64,000 nucleotides of DNA, taken from Clostridia bacterium (GTDB taxonomy: Bacteria > Bacillota > Clostridia > Oscillospirales > CAG-272). How positions within the stretch are numbered: the first letter of the stretch is position 1; the number at the start of each line of letters is the position of its first letter. The position numbers and the translations under genes are program-made. The notes beneath the pieces are model-generated. The model saw only the letters and a program-made list of their open reading frames with translations, made no database searches and was not told the origin of the DNA. The stretch spans positions 6,443-70,442 of the forward strand of contig JAFSAM010000077.1 of the NCBI GenBank assembly GCA_017441005.1. The letters run 5' to 3'. Positions 1-9,132 of this stretch are shown one piece after another.

Positions 1-2334
1 GGATGAATCGTATGAGCTGACACCGCTTGTGGATTTGATGAAGTCGATTATCTTATCAATTTCCGCTTCGCTTACGAATGAACCCTGTACACGTACCGGC
101 TTTGAGAATCCTACGGGGGCATAAAGCATATCGCCTCGGCCGATGAGCTTTTCTGCACCTGCTACGTCAATTATGGTACGCGAGTCGACCTGTGATGCCA
201 TTGTGAATGCTATTCTTGAGGGTACGTTTGCCTTGATAAGACCGGTTACAACGTCGACGGACGGTCTCTGCGTACCGATTACAAGGTGCATACCTGCCGC
301 ACGCGCCTTTTGTGCAAGTCGGCAGATGGAATCTTCTACTTCCTTGGGCGAGGTCATCATAAGGTCAGCCAATTCGTCGATCACTATTATGATCTGGGGC
401 AGAAATTCTTTTTCCGGATCGTCCTTTGTTATCCTGTTATAGCTTGCAACGTCTCTTACGCCCACTTCTTCAATAAGCTCGAAGCGTCGATCCATCTCGG
501 TAACTGCCCAATGGAGCGAGCCTGCCGCTTTCTTGGGGTCTGTTACTACGGGAACAAGCAGGTGCGGAAGTCCGTTGTATATGCTGAGCTCGACCTTTTT
601 GGGGTCGATGAGTATGAGCTTTACCTCGTCGGGAGTTGCCTTATAAAGAAGGCTGACGATCATCGAGTTTATGCACACGGATTTACCCATACCCGTTGCA
701 CCGGCAATGAGCAGGTGGGGCATTTTTGCAATGTCAAGATAAATGGGGGCACCGGCGACGTCCATACCGAGACCGACGGTCACGCGGCTCTTTGCGGTGC
801 GGAATTGCTGTGTGTCAAGAAGCTCCTTGAGGTATACGATGGAGACGTTCTTGTTCGGGACCTCGATACCAACAGCCGCTTTTCCCGGGATGGGAGCTTC
901 GATTCTGACTCCCGTAGTCGCAAGGCTGAGTGAGATATCGTCGACAAGGTTTGCGATCGCACGTACTCTTACGCCCTCCTCGGGAGCGAGCTCATAACGG
1001 GTAATAGAGGGACCTCTCGAGACGTCGATTATACGTGTTTTGACCTTGAAGCTGTTAAGCGTTTCGACAAGCTTGATTGCCGTCGAACGCATTTCCTCGC
1101 TTACGTCCTCGTTCTTTACGTTGTTTTCCATATTAAGAAGGCTGTATGGCGGGAAAACGTATTCCTTGACGGGTGAAAGCTCCTTTTCTGCCTCTTCGGT
1201 GGCAATAAGCTTCTTGCGTTCAACCATAAGCTCGAGCTCTTTTGCATCAGGGACTCCGGCAGTTATTTTATCGGCAGAGTCCTGTGACTCGGTCACTACT
1301 TCATCAACATCCTCTTCCGAAAGGTCGTCTTCGCCGTCTTCGTCTTTGAATATATCGTTAAGATCGATCTTACGCTTCTGCGCGGCTTGTGCCTCGCTGT
1401 CCTCAAGTGTAGCCTTCTTGGGCTTTCTAAAGCCGAATACGGACTCCTTTTGTGCTGAATTTACCTGCTCGGCGAGATCGTCTAAGGGAACGTCAGGGTT
1501 GAAGGGCTCGTCTGTCTGCTCGTCATGGTTTCTGAGTCTTTCCTTTTCCTTCAGAGCCGCGTCAAATGCAGTCGTGTCGACGGGGGCTCTGTCATTTTCG
1601 GGCTCAAGTGCAGACTCGTCTATCGTAAGCTTTGCTTTATCCTTGGGTGAATGCCATACCTTTTCCGCATCCACTGCCATTCTGTCCTTGCCCTCGCGGA
1701 TCTTTTCCTTTATCTTTTTGAATGCCGTTGCAGGGGTAAGACCGAAAAGAAATGTAACAAATATGACCAGAAGGGGAATGAATATACAAAGTGTCAGGGG
1801 CTTTGCCATAATGTTCTGGAACAGTGCGGCAATAAATCCGCCTATCGCACCTCCGCCGCTCCAGTTCGTTCCGGCACTCCAAAGCTTGGCGATGTTGAGC
1901 GACTCTGCGGGAGTGGCGATCGTGTGGGCGACTACCGAGAACGAAACAAGTACGAATGCCGCCGATACCGCTTTCCAGAAAAGCGTATCGGAGATCACGT
2001 CTTTTTTCCAGAACAATGCCTGTATGATTATCAAAAAGGGCACTGTGATCGCACCGAATCCGAAAAGTCCGCAGAGCAACGGCTGTACGATCGTATTACC
2101 GAGGAAGCCTGCGTATGTGGGGAAAAGGAGACAAAAGGCGATGGCAAAAGCGAGCAAGCCCCAAAGGTACGGAATGATCAAATTCCAAATACTGTTTGGG
2201 TTTCTTTCCTTTTTCTCTTTTGGAGTTTCGTTTTTTTCTGTCGGAGAAACGGTCTTTTTCTTCTCCGGCTCTTTTTTTATCTTATGTTTGTTTTCTTCTT
2301 TTTTCTTTGTTTGGTTGTACTTATACGTCGGCAT
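1..2334 (-). CDS. ftsK: DNA translocase FtsK/SpoIIIE (C-terminal end runs off the window start)
   Basis: Absent from the ORF track because it leaves the window. Manual minus-strand translation from the ATG at 2334 gives MPTYKYNQTKKKEENKHK..., followed by several hydrophobic TM segments. A Walker A motif 'MPHLLIAGATGMGKS' is encoded at 679-723 in the same frame. The plus-strand ORFs here (143-2389) are Ser-rich shadow ORFs. Confidence 0.9.
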   Translation of the reverse strand, partial: MPTYKYNQTKKKEENKHKIKKEPEKKKTVSPTEKNETPKEKKERNPNSIWNLIIPYLWGLLAFAIAFCLLFPTYAGFLGNTIVQPLLCGLFGFGAITVPFLIIIQALFWKKDVISDTLFWKAVSAAFVLVSFSVVAHTIATPAESLNIAKLWSAGTNWSGGGAIGGFIAALFQNIMAKPLTLCIFIPLLVIFVTFLFGLTPATAFKKIKEKIREGKDRMAVDAEKVWHSPKDKAKLTIDESALEPENDRAPVDTTAFDAALKEKERLRNHDEQTDEPFNPDVPLDDLAEQVNSAQKESVFGFRKPKKATLEDSEAQAAQKRKIDLNDIFKDEDGEDDLSEEDVDEVVTESQDSADKITAGVPDAKELELMVERKKLIATEEAEKELSPVKEYVFPPYSLLNMENNVKNEDVSEEMRSTAIKLVETLNSFKVKTRIIDVSRGPSITRYELAPEEGVRVRAIANLVDDISLSLATTGVRIEAPIPGKAAVGIEVPNKNVSIVYLKELLDTQQFRTAKSRVTVGLGMDVAGAPIYLDIAKMPHLLIAGATGMGKSVCINSMIVSLLYKATPDEVKLILIDPKKVELSIYNGLPHLLVPVVTDPKKAAGSLHWAVTEMDRRFELIEEVGVRDVASYNRITKDDPEKEFLPQIIIVIDELADLMMTSPKEVEDSICRLAQKARAAGMHLVIGTQRPSVDVVTGLIKANVPSRIAFTMASQVDSRTIIDVAGAEKLIGRGDMLYAPVGFSKPVRVQGSFVSEAEIDKIIDFIKSTSGVSSYDSS

Positions 2335-2385
2335 AGAAAACTTCCTTTTTTTGAACTTCTTTGAGCTTTTTGTTGATTACTTGGC

Positions 2386-3213
2386 TTAACCGAATATTAT
2401 TGCGAGAACGCCCACTGCGAAGCAGTAATACGAGAACATTCTGAAATTTGATTTTTTTGATATGTATATGAGAAACTTCATTGCGAGGACACCGACTACC
2501 GCCGCCGCTACCGTTCCGGCGATGTAGGGTACAACGTCGGACGACGCGATAGGATTTTCTGCAATGTCAAATATCGAAAGCAGATTTGCTCCGATGATCG
2601 CGGGAATGGACATAATGAATGAGAACTTAACCGCCGTTTCTCTCTTGAGTCCCATAAACAGGCCGCCCGTGATGGTCGAGCCCGAACGGGAAAGTCCGGG
2701 GACTATTGCGCACATCTGGCAAAGACCTATAAAAAGTGCGTGGCGCGGTTTTGTTTTGTCGAGCGAAAGAGTGCCTTTTTCCAGTTTATCGGATATAAAG
2801 AGCACAAGTCCGTTTAAAAGCAAGATTCCGCCGATTATCTTTGTGTATCCCGTGAGTACCTCAACGTAGTCCTTGAAGAAGACCGCTGCTGCTAAGGGGA
2901 GGGTGGCTATTATGACGAGGATGACGAATCGCTCGTTTTCTGTGTAGTCGGAAAGCTTGAATTTGCCGGTGAATACTTTTTTGAACATTGTAAAAATAGC
3001 CGGGATCAAGGCGAAAATGTCTTTATAGTATACTATGAATACGGCGATCAATGTGCCAAGGTGGAGCAGTATGTCAAAAGTGAAGTGGCTCGCCTCTAAG
3101 TTTTCCATAGAAAAGAGGTTTTGCGATATTGCAAGGTGAGCAGAGCTGGAGATCGGAAGGAATTCCGCTATTCCCTGAATGACACCGTACAGAATTGCTA
3201 AAAATATACTCAT
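2386..3213 (-). CDS. uppP: undecaprenyl-diphosphate phosphatase (BacA/UppP family)
   Basis: 275-aa polytopic membrane ORF. The N-terminal 'GIAEFLPISSSAHL' motif and internal 'PGLSRSGSTI' motif are typical of UppP. Confidence 0.9.
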   Translation of the reverse strand: MSIFLAILYGVIQGIAEFLPISSSAHLAISQNLFSMENLEASHFTFDILLHLGTLIAVFIVYYKDIFALIPAIFTMFKKVFTGKFKLSDYTENERFVILVIIATLPLAAAVFFKDYVEVLTGYTKIIGGILLLNGLVLFISDKLEKGTLSLDKTKPRHALFIGLCQMCAIVPGLSRSGSTITGGLFMGLKRETAVKFSFIMSIPAIIGANLLSIFDIAENPIASSDVVPYIAGTVAAAVVGVLAMKFLIYISKKSNFRMFSYYCFAVGVLAIIFG

Positions 3214-3312
3214 AGACAGTACCTCGGTAAAAATAGTATATAGATAATATATAATAACATATATTCAAGAAAATTACAATAGGGTACGAATAAAAAAAGG
3301 AGTTACTTGGAA

Positions 3313-3675
3313 ATGGCGCGTTGGATGTTTGTTGCTTTGGTGGGAGGTGCGGCAGGGTTTGTGAACGGACTGCTTGGCACCGGGGGTGGTATACTGCTTG
3401 TTTTTGCGCTGAATTATATGTTTAAAAATGCCGATGGCAAGGACATTTATGCAACGACGCTTGTCGTTACGCTGTGTATGTCTGCGGTTTCCGTTTTTAT
3501 ATACGGCAGAGGGGGCGGACTTCAAAGGTCAGAATGCCTAAAGTATGGGATTGCCGCCGTCCCGGGAGGCTTGATCGGAGCATATCTGCTTGACAGACTG
3601 AACGGGAAAACGGTTAAGAGGTTGTTTGGTGTGCTTCTGATAGTGGCAGGGGCAAATATGTCGGGATTGTTTTAG
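3313..3675 (+). CDS. TSUP (TauE/SafE) family permease, half-size subunit 1
   Basis: About 120 aa and about 4 TM. The Gly-rich 'GFVNGLLGTGGGILLV' motif is typical of TauE/SafE. The ATG at 3313 lies 10 nt after AAGGAG; the track start at 3307 is a TTG only 4 nt after the RBS. Confidence 0.75.
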   Translation: MARWMFVALVGGAAGFVNGLLGTGGGILLVFALNYMFKNADGKDIYATTLVVTLCMSAVSVFIYGRGGGLQRSECLKYGIAAVPGGLIGAYLLDRLNGKTVKRLFGVLLIVAGANMSGLF

Positions 3676-3684
3676 GAGGTTTTT

Positions 3685-4038
3685 ATGATAGATTTTTTTG
3701 CCGGTGTTTTGATCGCATCCCTTGCCGGGATGGGGATAGGCGGGGGTGGGCTGCTCGTGCTGTATCTCGTGTTTGTTAAGGGGGCGGAGCAGTTAGGGGC
3801 GCAAGGACTCAATTTGGTGTTTTTTATCTGCGCGGCGGCATCTTCTCTTGTTTATCATGCGAAAAAGAGAAAAATAATGTGGAGGGTTGCCGGAATACTG
3901 GCACTTGCCGGGACAGCAGGCGCGTACATGGGCTCTGTGGCGGCATCGGCAGTCAAGCCGGAGACGTTGAGAAGCATTTTCGGTTGGTTTATTATGACTG
4001 CCGGTGCTGTTGTGGTGCTCAATTTTAAAAAGAAATAA
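3685..4038 (+). CDS. TSUP (TauE/SafE) family permease, half-size subunit 2
   Basis: 117 aa with the 'GMGIGGGGLLVLYLV' motif. An AGGAGG RBS sits 5 nt upstream, and the gene starts 9 nt after the previous stop. Confidence 0.75.
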   Translation: MIDFFAGVLIASLAGMGIGGGGLLVLYLVFVKGAEQLGAQGLNLVFFICAAASSLVYHAKKRKIMWRVAGILALAGTAGAYMGSVAASAVKPETLRSIFGWFIMTAGAVVVLNFKKK

Positions 4039-4056
4039 TTTTTTTGCAAAAAGGGG

Positions 4057-4085
4057 TTGACAATTCGAAAGTTGTGTGATATTAT
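4057..4085 (+). promoter_or_regulatory. sigma-A type promoter of the rplJ-rplL operon
   Basis: TTGACA (4057-4062), a 17-nt spacer containing TG, then TATTAT (4080-4085). Confidence 0.6.
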
Positions 4086-4091
4086 ACTGAG

Positions 4092-4237
4092 GTAGTCTAA
4101 AGACAGCAGGTATCACAGTAAATCCTGCCGAGGATGAAAACAATCGAATTTATTGATTATATGAATTGGTTTGCTTTCGGTCGGTGTGTTTTGTGAACGC
4201 TGCAAGAAAGCATTTTTTGATTCAGGAGGTGAAAACC
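4092..4237 (+). ncRNA. putative ribosomal protein L10 leader (autoregulatory 5' UTR)
   Basis: About 150 nt of untranslated leader lies between the promoter and the rplJ ATG, with pairing segments such as 'cagcagg...cctgccg'. Firmicutes rplJL operons are known to carry an L10(L12)4-binding leader. The structure was not verified against a covariance model. Confidence 0.45.
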
Positions 4238-4771
4238 ATGCCGAGCGCAAAAATATTGGAACAGAAGAAAGCAGTTGTGGCTGATCTTTCCGAGAAATTG
4301 AAGAACGCTACAGCAGGTGTTGTAGTTAACTATTCCGGTATCACAGTTGAGAACGATACAAAGCTTCGTGCAGAACTCCGTAAGGCCAATGTTGAATATA
4401 AAGTATATAAGAACACTTTGACAGCAAGAGCGTGCGAAGAAGCAGGTCTCGGTGGTCTTAAGGACCAGTTCGAGGGCATGACCGCTATCGCGATCAGCGC
4501 AGAAGATCCCATTGCTCCCGCTAAGATCCTCAAAGAGTATGCTGACAAGCTCGATACATTCGAGATCAAGGCAGGTTTCCTTGACGGTGAGATAATGGAC
4601 AAGGACCAGGTAATCGCCCTTGCAGAAATTCCTTCCAAGGAAGTTCTCATCGGACGTATCGTTGGCAGCCTTATGTCTTCTCTTTACGGCTTTGCATTTG
4701 GATTGCAGGCTATTATCGACAAGAACGGCGAAGGTGCGGCTGAACCCGCAGCAGAAGCTACCGAAGCTTAA
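4238..4771 (+). CDS. rplJ: 50S ribosomal protein L10
   Basis: MPSAKILEQKKAVVADLSEKLKNATAGVVVNYSGITV... An AGGAGG RBS precedes the ATG at 4238. The track ORF start at 4166 (TTG) is an upstream extension. Confidence 0.95.
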   Translation: MPSAKILEQKKAVVADLSEKLKNATAGVVVNYSGITVENDTKLRAELRKANVEYKVYKNTLTARACEEAGLGGLKDQFEGMTAIAISAEDPIAPAKILKEYADKLDTFEIKAGFLDGEIMDKDQVIALAEIPSKEVLIGRIVGSLMSSLYGFAFGLQAIIDKNGEGAAEPAAEATEA

Positions 4772-4831
4772 GCCAAAGCTTCACAACAAAATAACAATAA
4801 TAAACAATATCTATATTGGAGGTAAATTAAA

Positions 4832-5200
4832 ATGGCAAACATTGAAAATATCATAGAAGAATTAAAGTCTCTTACAATTCTCGAGCTCGCTGACCTCGTA
4901 AAGAAGGTTGAGGAAGAGTTCGGCGTATCTGCAGCTCCCGTAGCAGTAGCAGGCGCAGCAGCTCCCGCTGCAGCAGCAGCTGAGGAGAAGACAGAGTTCG
5001 ACGTAGTACTTAAGGAAGCAGGCGCTAAGAAGCTTGACGTTATCAAGGCTGTTCGTGAGATCACCGGTCTTGGTCTTAAGGATGCTAAGGACCTCGTTGA
5101 AGCAGCTCCCAAGGTTGTTAAGGAAGCAGCTCCCAAGGAAATGGCTGAGTCCATCAAGAAGCAGCTTGAGGATGCAGGCGCAGTAGTTGAACTTAAGTAA
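4832..5200 (+). CDS. rplL: 50S ribosomal protein L7/L12
   Basis: 122 aa with an Ala-rich hinge '[23 protein letters not shown]' and a C-terminal '[19 protein letters not shown]' segment. Confidence 0.95.
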   Translation: MANIENIIEELKSLTILELADLVKKVEEEFGVSAAPVAVAGAAAPAAAAAEEKTEFDVVLKEAGAKKLDVIKAVREITGLGLKDAKDLVEAAPKVVKEAAPKEMAESIKKQLEDAGAVVELK

Positions 5201-5278
5201 TTAAGGTTTAACACAAAAAAGTATATTGACTTTGGCAGGCTCCACACAGATGGAGCTTGCCGAAGAAAAATATAATAT

Positions 5279-5370
5279 GCAGAGATGGCTGAGCTGGTCT
5301 AAGGCGCACGACTGGAAATCGTGTGAACGCTAATACCGTTCCGAGAGTTCGAATCTCTCTCTCTGCGCCA
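5279..5370 (+). tRNA. tRNA-Ser (anticodon GGA), encoded CCA
   Basis: Acceptor stem GCAGAGA/TCTCTGC. Anticodon stem CACGA/TCGTG with loop CTGGAAA. Long variable arm GAACG-CTAATAC-CGTTC. T arm GAGAG-TTCGAAT-CTCTC. Discriminator G followed by CCA. Confidence 0.9.
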
Positions 5371-5375
5371 AAAAA

Positions 5376-5403
5376 CACCACCCTGAATGGGTGGTGTTTT
5401 TTT
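5376..5403 (+). terminator. intrinsic terminator after tRNA-Ser
   Basis: Stem CACCACCC/GGGTGGTG followed by a T7 tract. Confidence 0.8.
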
Positions 5404-5858
5404 GGCAAGAAGCAGAGAGAGAGATTCGAAAAGGGCAGTCGCCGAAGGCGAAAGAAACGATTCGGGGAATCGTTTCGGTGCAAATGTGTATTATTTTTCA
5501 AAAAAATAATATAAAAAAATAACTTTACTTATTGATTCTTTTCGTGATTTTCTAAATTTATTGACATACTTGCGAGACGGAGGGAGAGAAAAAACATTAC
5601 TGTTTTGCTATTTTCATTATCATAATATAGGGGTGGAGTCTTTGAGGAGCATTCGCTCTTTGTGTGCCATGTGAAAGGTTGTGCATAGGGGGAATTATAG
5701 TGGTAACGTCAATGTAGATTTTTTGCAATAAAAAATCTGTGCAAACCTAAATGATTTGCACAGACTAAATGTTAATTTGCTTTTTTAAGGATGAAGTATG
5801 AACATTTTTGTAGTTTTTTTGATAAGCTTTTGGGTGACTGTTTTTTGGCGGGGATTTA

Positions 5859-7421
5859 TCAGGAATTGAGTGCGTAATACTTGTATACGGGAGAGTAGCA
5901 ATCATTGGGAAGCTCGAGAAAGACGTAGTATGTGCCCGTTTCTCCGCTTTGGGCTTCGGGATAAGAGAGGGAAACATTGACTGTTCCGTTTTCGAGTTTA
6001 ACCTCATTTATTCCGAACGTGTCTGTTTTGCTTATACGTGTTCTGATCAAAACGAGCATTTTTTCTTTAAAGAAATCGTCGGTATATTCGTTTGCAATTT
6101 CAACGAAGCTCTTATTGTATGTGTCGGTAGTTACATTTCCGTCGAATGACTTGATTTCGACAAGCTCCATCAGCTGTTGACGTGTAGCTACGGGGTAGGC
6201 GCTTATGCCGGTGGTTTTTAACTCGCCGTCGATTATTGGCGCGATCTGATACTGATATACCGGAATAGAAAGATTGATTTCCGGAGTTTCTTCAAATTCT
6301 GCGACAAACGAGCCGTCCATACCGCATTCTCCGCGGACGGTATTTCCGACGTTATAAGTTTTATCGACCTCAAGGAAGCAGTAATAGAGAAATGTATTGG
6401 TCGTCCAGTGATCAGTGGTAGGATAGGTATATCCGATTCTTAACAGTTCGCTATCCATAGTAACGCTTGTTATTTCGGGTAGAACACCGTATTTGAAATC
6501 CTGTCCGAAAATGATCAAGGTTTTTTCTTCAAAGAATTTTTCGTCGTACTTAGCGACACCGTCCATAAACGTCGCGCCGATCTGATCATTTTTTACGCAT
6601 CCGCTGAAATGGCGTTCGCTCAGGTACTTTTCAAGATCTTCCTTTGTATCGAATACGCGAACGGTATTGTCGTATTGCGGGAAGTATCCGACGCGCTCTA
6701 TGTCATGCATGATCTGTCCGCCAACCTTGTATTCGAAGGGGACAGCTACGGGAGCGCCCTTTGCAGGTGCTTCGTGTTGATTGAAAACGACCTCGACGTT
6801 TTCGGAATATTTATCCTGAGGGACGGTTATAAGAATATGAAATACCTTTGATTTTATGTTGTCATAAGGGTCGGACACAACGGTGACCGTAATTTTTTCG
6901 TCGGAGTATTCAACGTTTTCGACTTCGGGGAGGTAACCCATAGCACCGGGAGCTTCTACTGCGACGACAATAAGTGCGTATTCATTGAAATAGGCGGAGT
7001 TATAGCTCTTTATTTCCTCGGAAAAGCCGTCATAAATTGTTAAGAATGCTCCGTGGGTTTCAGAGTAAAGTGCATTCAAGTCAAATGTTTCGCCGAGTGA
7101 TTCGGTGAAGGAGGTAAGCTCATCCAAGGTTTTGATCGGCTTCGCATAGGGAAGAGAAACACTTGTATTGAGCACGGGGGTGTATATAGCGGGAGAATTT
7201 TTAAACGAGCCGAGTATCGACTCGTGAACGAGTATTTTTTCGGGCTCCGTTTCGGGTACGGTCTCCGCTTCTGTTTCGGGTACGGTCTCGCTCTCGGGTG
7301 TGTTTTCTTCAGTGTCGACCACCGTCTGCGGTTCTGTTTCGTCAGGCTTTTCCGAATCGGAAGAGCAAGCAACCAAAAGGAGCGTTCCGAGTAATGCTAA
7401 TACAAGCACAAAATATTTCAT
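5859..7421 (-). CDS. lipoprotein of unknown function with three tandem ~150-aa modules
   Basis: MKYFVLVLALLGTLLLVACSS lipobox, then an acidic E/T/P linker. Three modules each end in a similar motif: 'FHILITVPQDKY', 'FLYYCFLEVDKTY' and 'TYYVFLELPNDCY'. The start is taken at the internal ATG 7421 rather than the track start 7469. Confidence 0.7.
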   Translation of the reverse strand: MKYFVLVLALLGTLLLVACSSDSEKPDETEPQTVVDTEENTPESETVPETEAETVPETEPEKILVHESILGSFKNSPAIYTPVLNTSVSLPYAKPIKTLDELTSFTESLGETFDLNALYSETHGAFLTIYDGFSEEIKSYNSAYFNEYALIVVAVEAPGAMGYLPEVENVEYSDEKITVTVVSDPYDNIKSKVFHILITVPQDKYSENVEVVFNQHEAPAKGAPVAVPFEYKVGGQIMHDIERVGYFPQYDNTVRVFDTKEDLEKYLSERHFSGCVKNDQIGATFMDGVAKYDEKFFEEKTLIIFGQDFKYGVLPEITSVTMDSELLRIGYTYPTTDHWTTNTFLYYCFLEVDKTYNVGNTVRGECGMDGSFVAEFEETPEINLSIPVYQYQIAPIIDGELKTTGISAYPVATRQQLMELVEIKSFDGNVTTDTYNKSFVEIANEYTDDFFKEKMLVLIRTRISKTDTFGINEVKLENGTVNVSLSYPEAQSGETGTYYVFLELPNDCYSPVYKYYALNS

Positions 7422-7550
7422 ATTCAAACCTAAGCCTCCGTTTTTTTGTATACACACTAATATTATCATATTGACAAATTGATGTCAATACCGGGGGCGT
7501 ATAAATACCGTTTCGTTTTGGGGGGCAATGGTATTCACAGTACAGAGAAA

Positions 7551-7895
7551 TCAATTTTTGTTTTGAGTGGCGACGATATTGCTTCCGAAAACATCTTTCA
7601 CAATTACGTCTCCGATATTTACCGGGAGCGTCGCTGTGGTTTGGTTTATGATTTTCATGCAATCAAACACCTTTTCTTTCGGGATGGGTTGATCTGTTTT
7701 TACCGAAAGCAAGCTTCCGTCAGTGCATTTTACCGTCGAGGTAACAGTCCTTTTGGGAGAGATGCACTCATTTTCGGCGTAGATTTTGCCTCTGTTGCAG
7801 GTGTTTCCTTTTATTTCGATGATTTCTTTTCCCTCAAGATCAATACAAAGCTCGCATCCGAGAGGACAAACAATACAGGTTAAAATTTTTTCCAT
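7551..7895 (-). CDS. DUF1667-type small Cys-rich protein (third gene of the glycerol-3-P dehydrogenase operon)
   Basis: 114 aa with 'CIVCPLGCEL...GNTCNRG'. The gene abuts the upstream oxidoreductase (7897). Confidence 0.75.
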   Translation of the reverse strand: MEKILTCIVCPLGCELCIDLEGKEIIEIKGNTCNRGKIYAENECISPKRTVTSTVKCTDGSLLSVKTDQPIPKEKVFDCMKIINQTTATLPVNIGDVIVKDVFGSNIVATQNKN

Positions 7896-7896
7896 A

Positions 7897-9132
7897 TCAC
7901 ACTACCTCCAAGGAAAAGTGGAGTTCTTTAACGTTTTTCAGGTGATCGTTTTTGAGTGTAACCGATTCCATTTCTCCCGGAGAAACCTTCGGGCGTTTTT
8001 TTGTGAGGAGTGTATTTATGCCGTCGGTAACTTTGATATTTACATTTTTGTATATGTTATTTACCCTGAAATAAACCTTTACATCGGTCAGATCGGTTAT
8101 TCTTTGCGGTACGGTATATCTGATCTTACCGTCTGTAAATATGTTTATTTCCGTACTGTCAGAAAGGTCGTTGTTTATATATTTTGCCGCGCTTTTTCCC
8201 GCAATCTCGGCTTCGTCGGAAACGAAATCGACAAGATCGTGAACGTGCAAAACGTTACCGCAAGCAAAGATTCCCGAGACTGAGGTTTGTCTGTTTTGGT
8301 CGACGAGTGCACCGTTTGTGACCGGGCTTATTTTAACATTTGCGCTTTTTGAAAGCTCGTTTTCGGGGATGAGTCCCACCGACAGCAAAAGAGTATCGCA
8401 GGGGATGAACTCTTTTGTGCTTTCGATCGGAACGCGTTTTTCGTCAACCTCAGCGACGGTTATGCCTTCGACTCTCTCTTTACCGTGGACTTCGACAACG
8501 GTATGACTGAGCCTCAGCGGTATATTGAAGTCGTTTAGGCACTGTTGGATGTTTCTTGCGAGCCCGCCCGAATAGGGCATAAGCTCAAATACTCCTTTTA
8601 CTTTTGCGCCTTCGAGGGTCAATCTTTTTGCCATAATAAGTCCGATGTCTCCGCTTCCCAATATAACCACGCTTTTTCCGGGCAAAAGGCCTTTGGTGTT
8701 TACAAGCTTTTGAGCTGTACCGGCAGTGAATATCCCTGCAGGACGGCTGCCTGCGATATTAAGTGCGCCGCGCGGACGCTCACGGCATCCCATTGCAAGG
8801 ATCACGGCTTTTGCTTTTATTTGAAATATACCGTCATGGGGGTTGGTGGCGGTGACGGTTTTATCTTCTGTTATGTCCAAAACCATAGTGTTCAGCTTGA
8901 CTTCTATGCCTGATTTTATAATTTTTTCTTCGTATCTGAATGCATATTCAGGTCCTGTCAGCTCTTCTCCGAATTTTTGCAGACCGAAGCCGTTGTGTAT
9001 ACATTGCTGTAACACTCCGCCGAGGTGGCTGTCGCGCTCCAGTATAAGTATATCTTTTATTCCGCAATCAAAGGCGGAGAGGGCGGCACTCATCCCTGCC
9101 GGCCCACCGCCGATTATGACAAGATCTTTCAT
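7897..9132 (-). CDS. FAD/NAD(P)-binding pyridine nucleotide-disulfide oxidoreductase family protein
   Basis: Two Rossmann motifs, 'VIIGGGPAGMSAA' and 'VVILGSGDIGL'. The gene overlaps the upstream gene by 4 nt. Confidence 0.8.
   Translation of the reverse strand: MKDLVIIGGGPAGMSAALSAFDCGIKDILILERDSHLGGVLQQCIHNGFGLQKFGEELTGPEYAFRYEEKIIKSGIEVKLNTMVLDITEDKTVTATNPHDGIFQIKAKAVILAMGCRERPRGALNIAGSRPAGIFTAGTAQKLVNTKGLLPGKSVVILGSGDIGLIMAKRLTLEGAKVKGVFELMPYSGGLARNIQQCLNDFNIPLRLSHTVVEVHGKERVEGITVAEVDEKRVPIESTKEFIPCDTLLLSVGLIPENELSKSANVKISPVTNGALVDQNRQTSVSGIFACGNVLHVHDLVDFVSDEAEIAGKSAAKYINNDLSDSTEINIFTDGKIRYTVPQRITDLTDVKVYFRVNNIYKNVNIKVTDGINTLLTKKRPKVSPGEMESVTLKNDHLKNVKELHFSLEVV

Noticed and set aside
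143-2389. Long plus-strand ORFs (143-442, 286-933, 743-997, 1040-2389, 1651-2364), including a 449-aa Ser-rich ORF
   Set aside because: They are low-complexity shadow frames antisense to a clear FtsK/SpoIIIE gene. The minus strand carries the Walker A and TM segments.
5208-5514. ORFs 5208-5501 (-) and 5323-5514 (+)
   Set aside because: They overlap the tRNA-Ser gene, its terminator and the inverted tRNA fragment. They are not plausible coding sequence.
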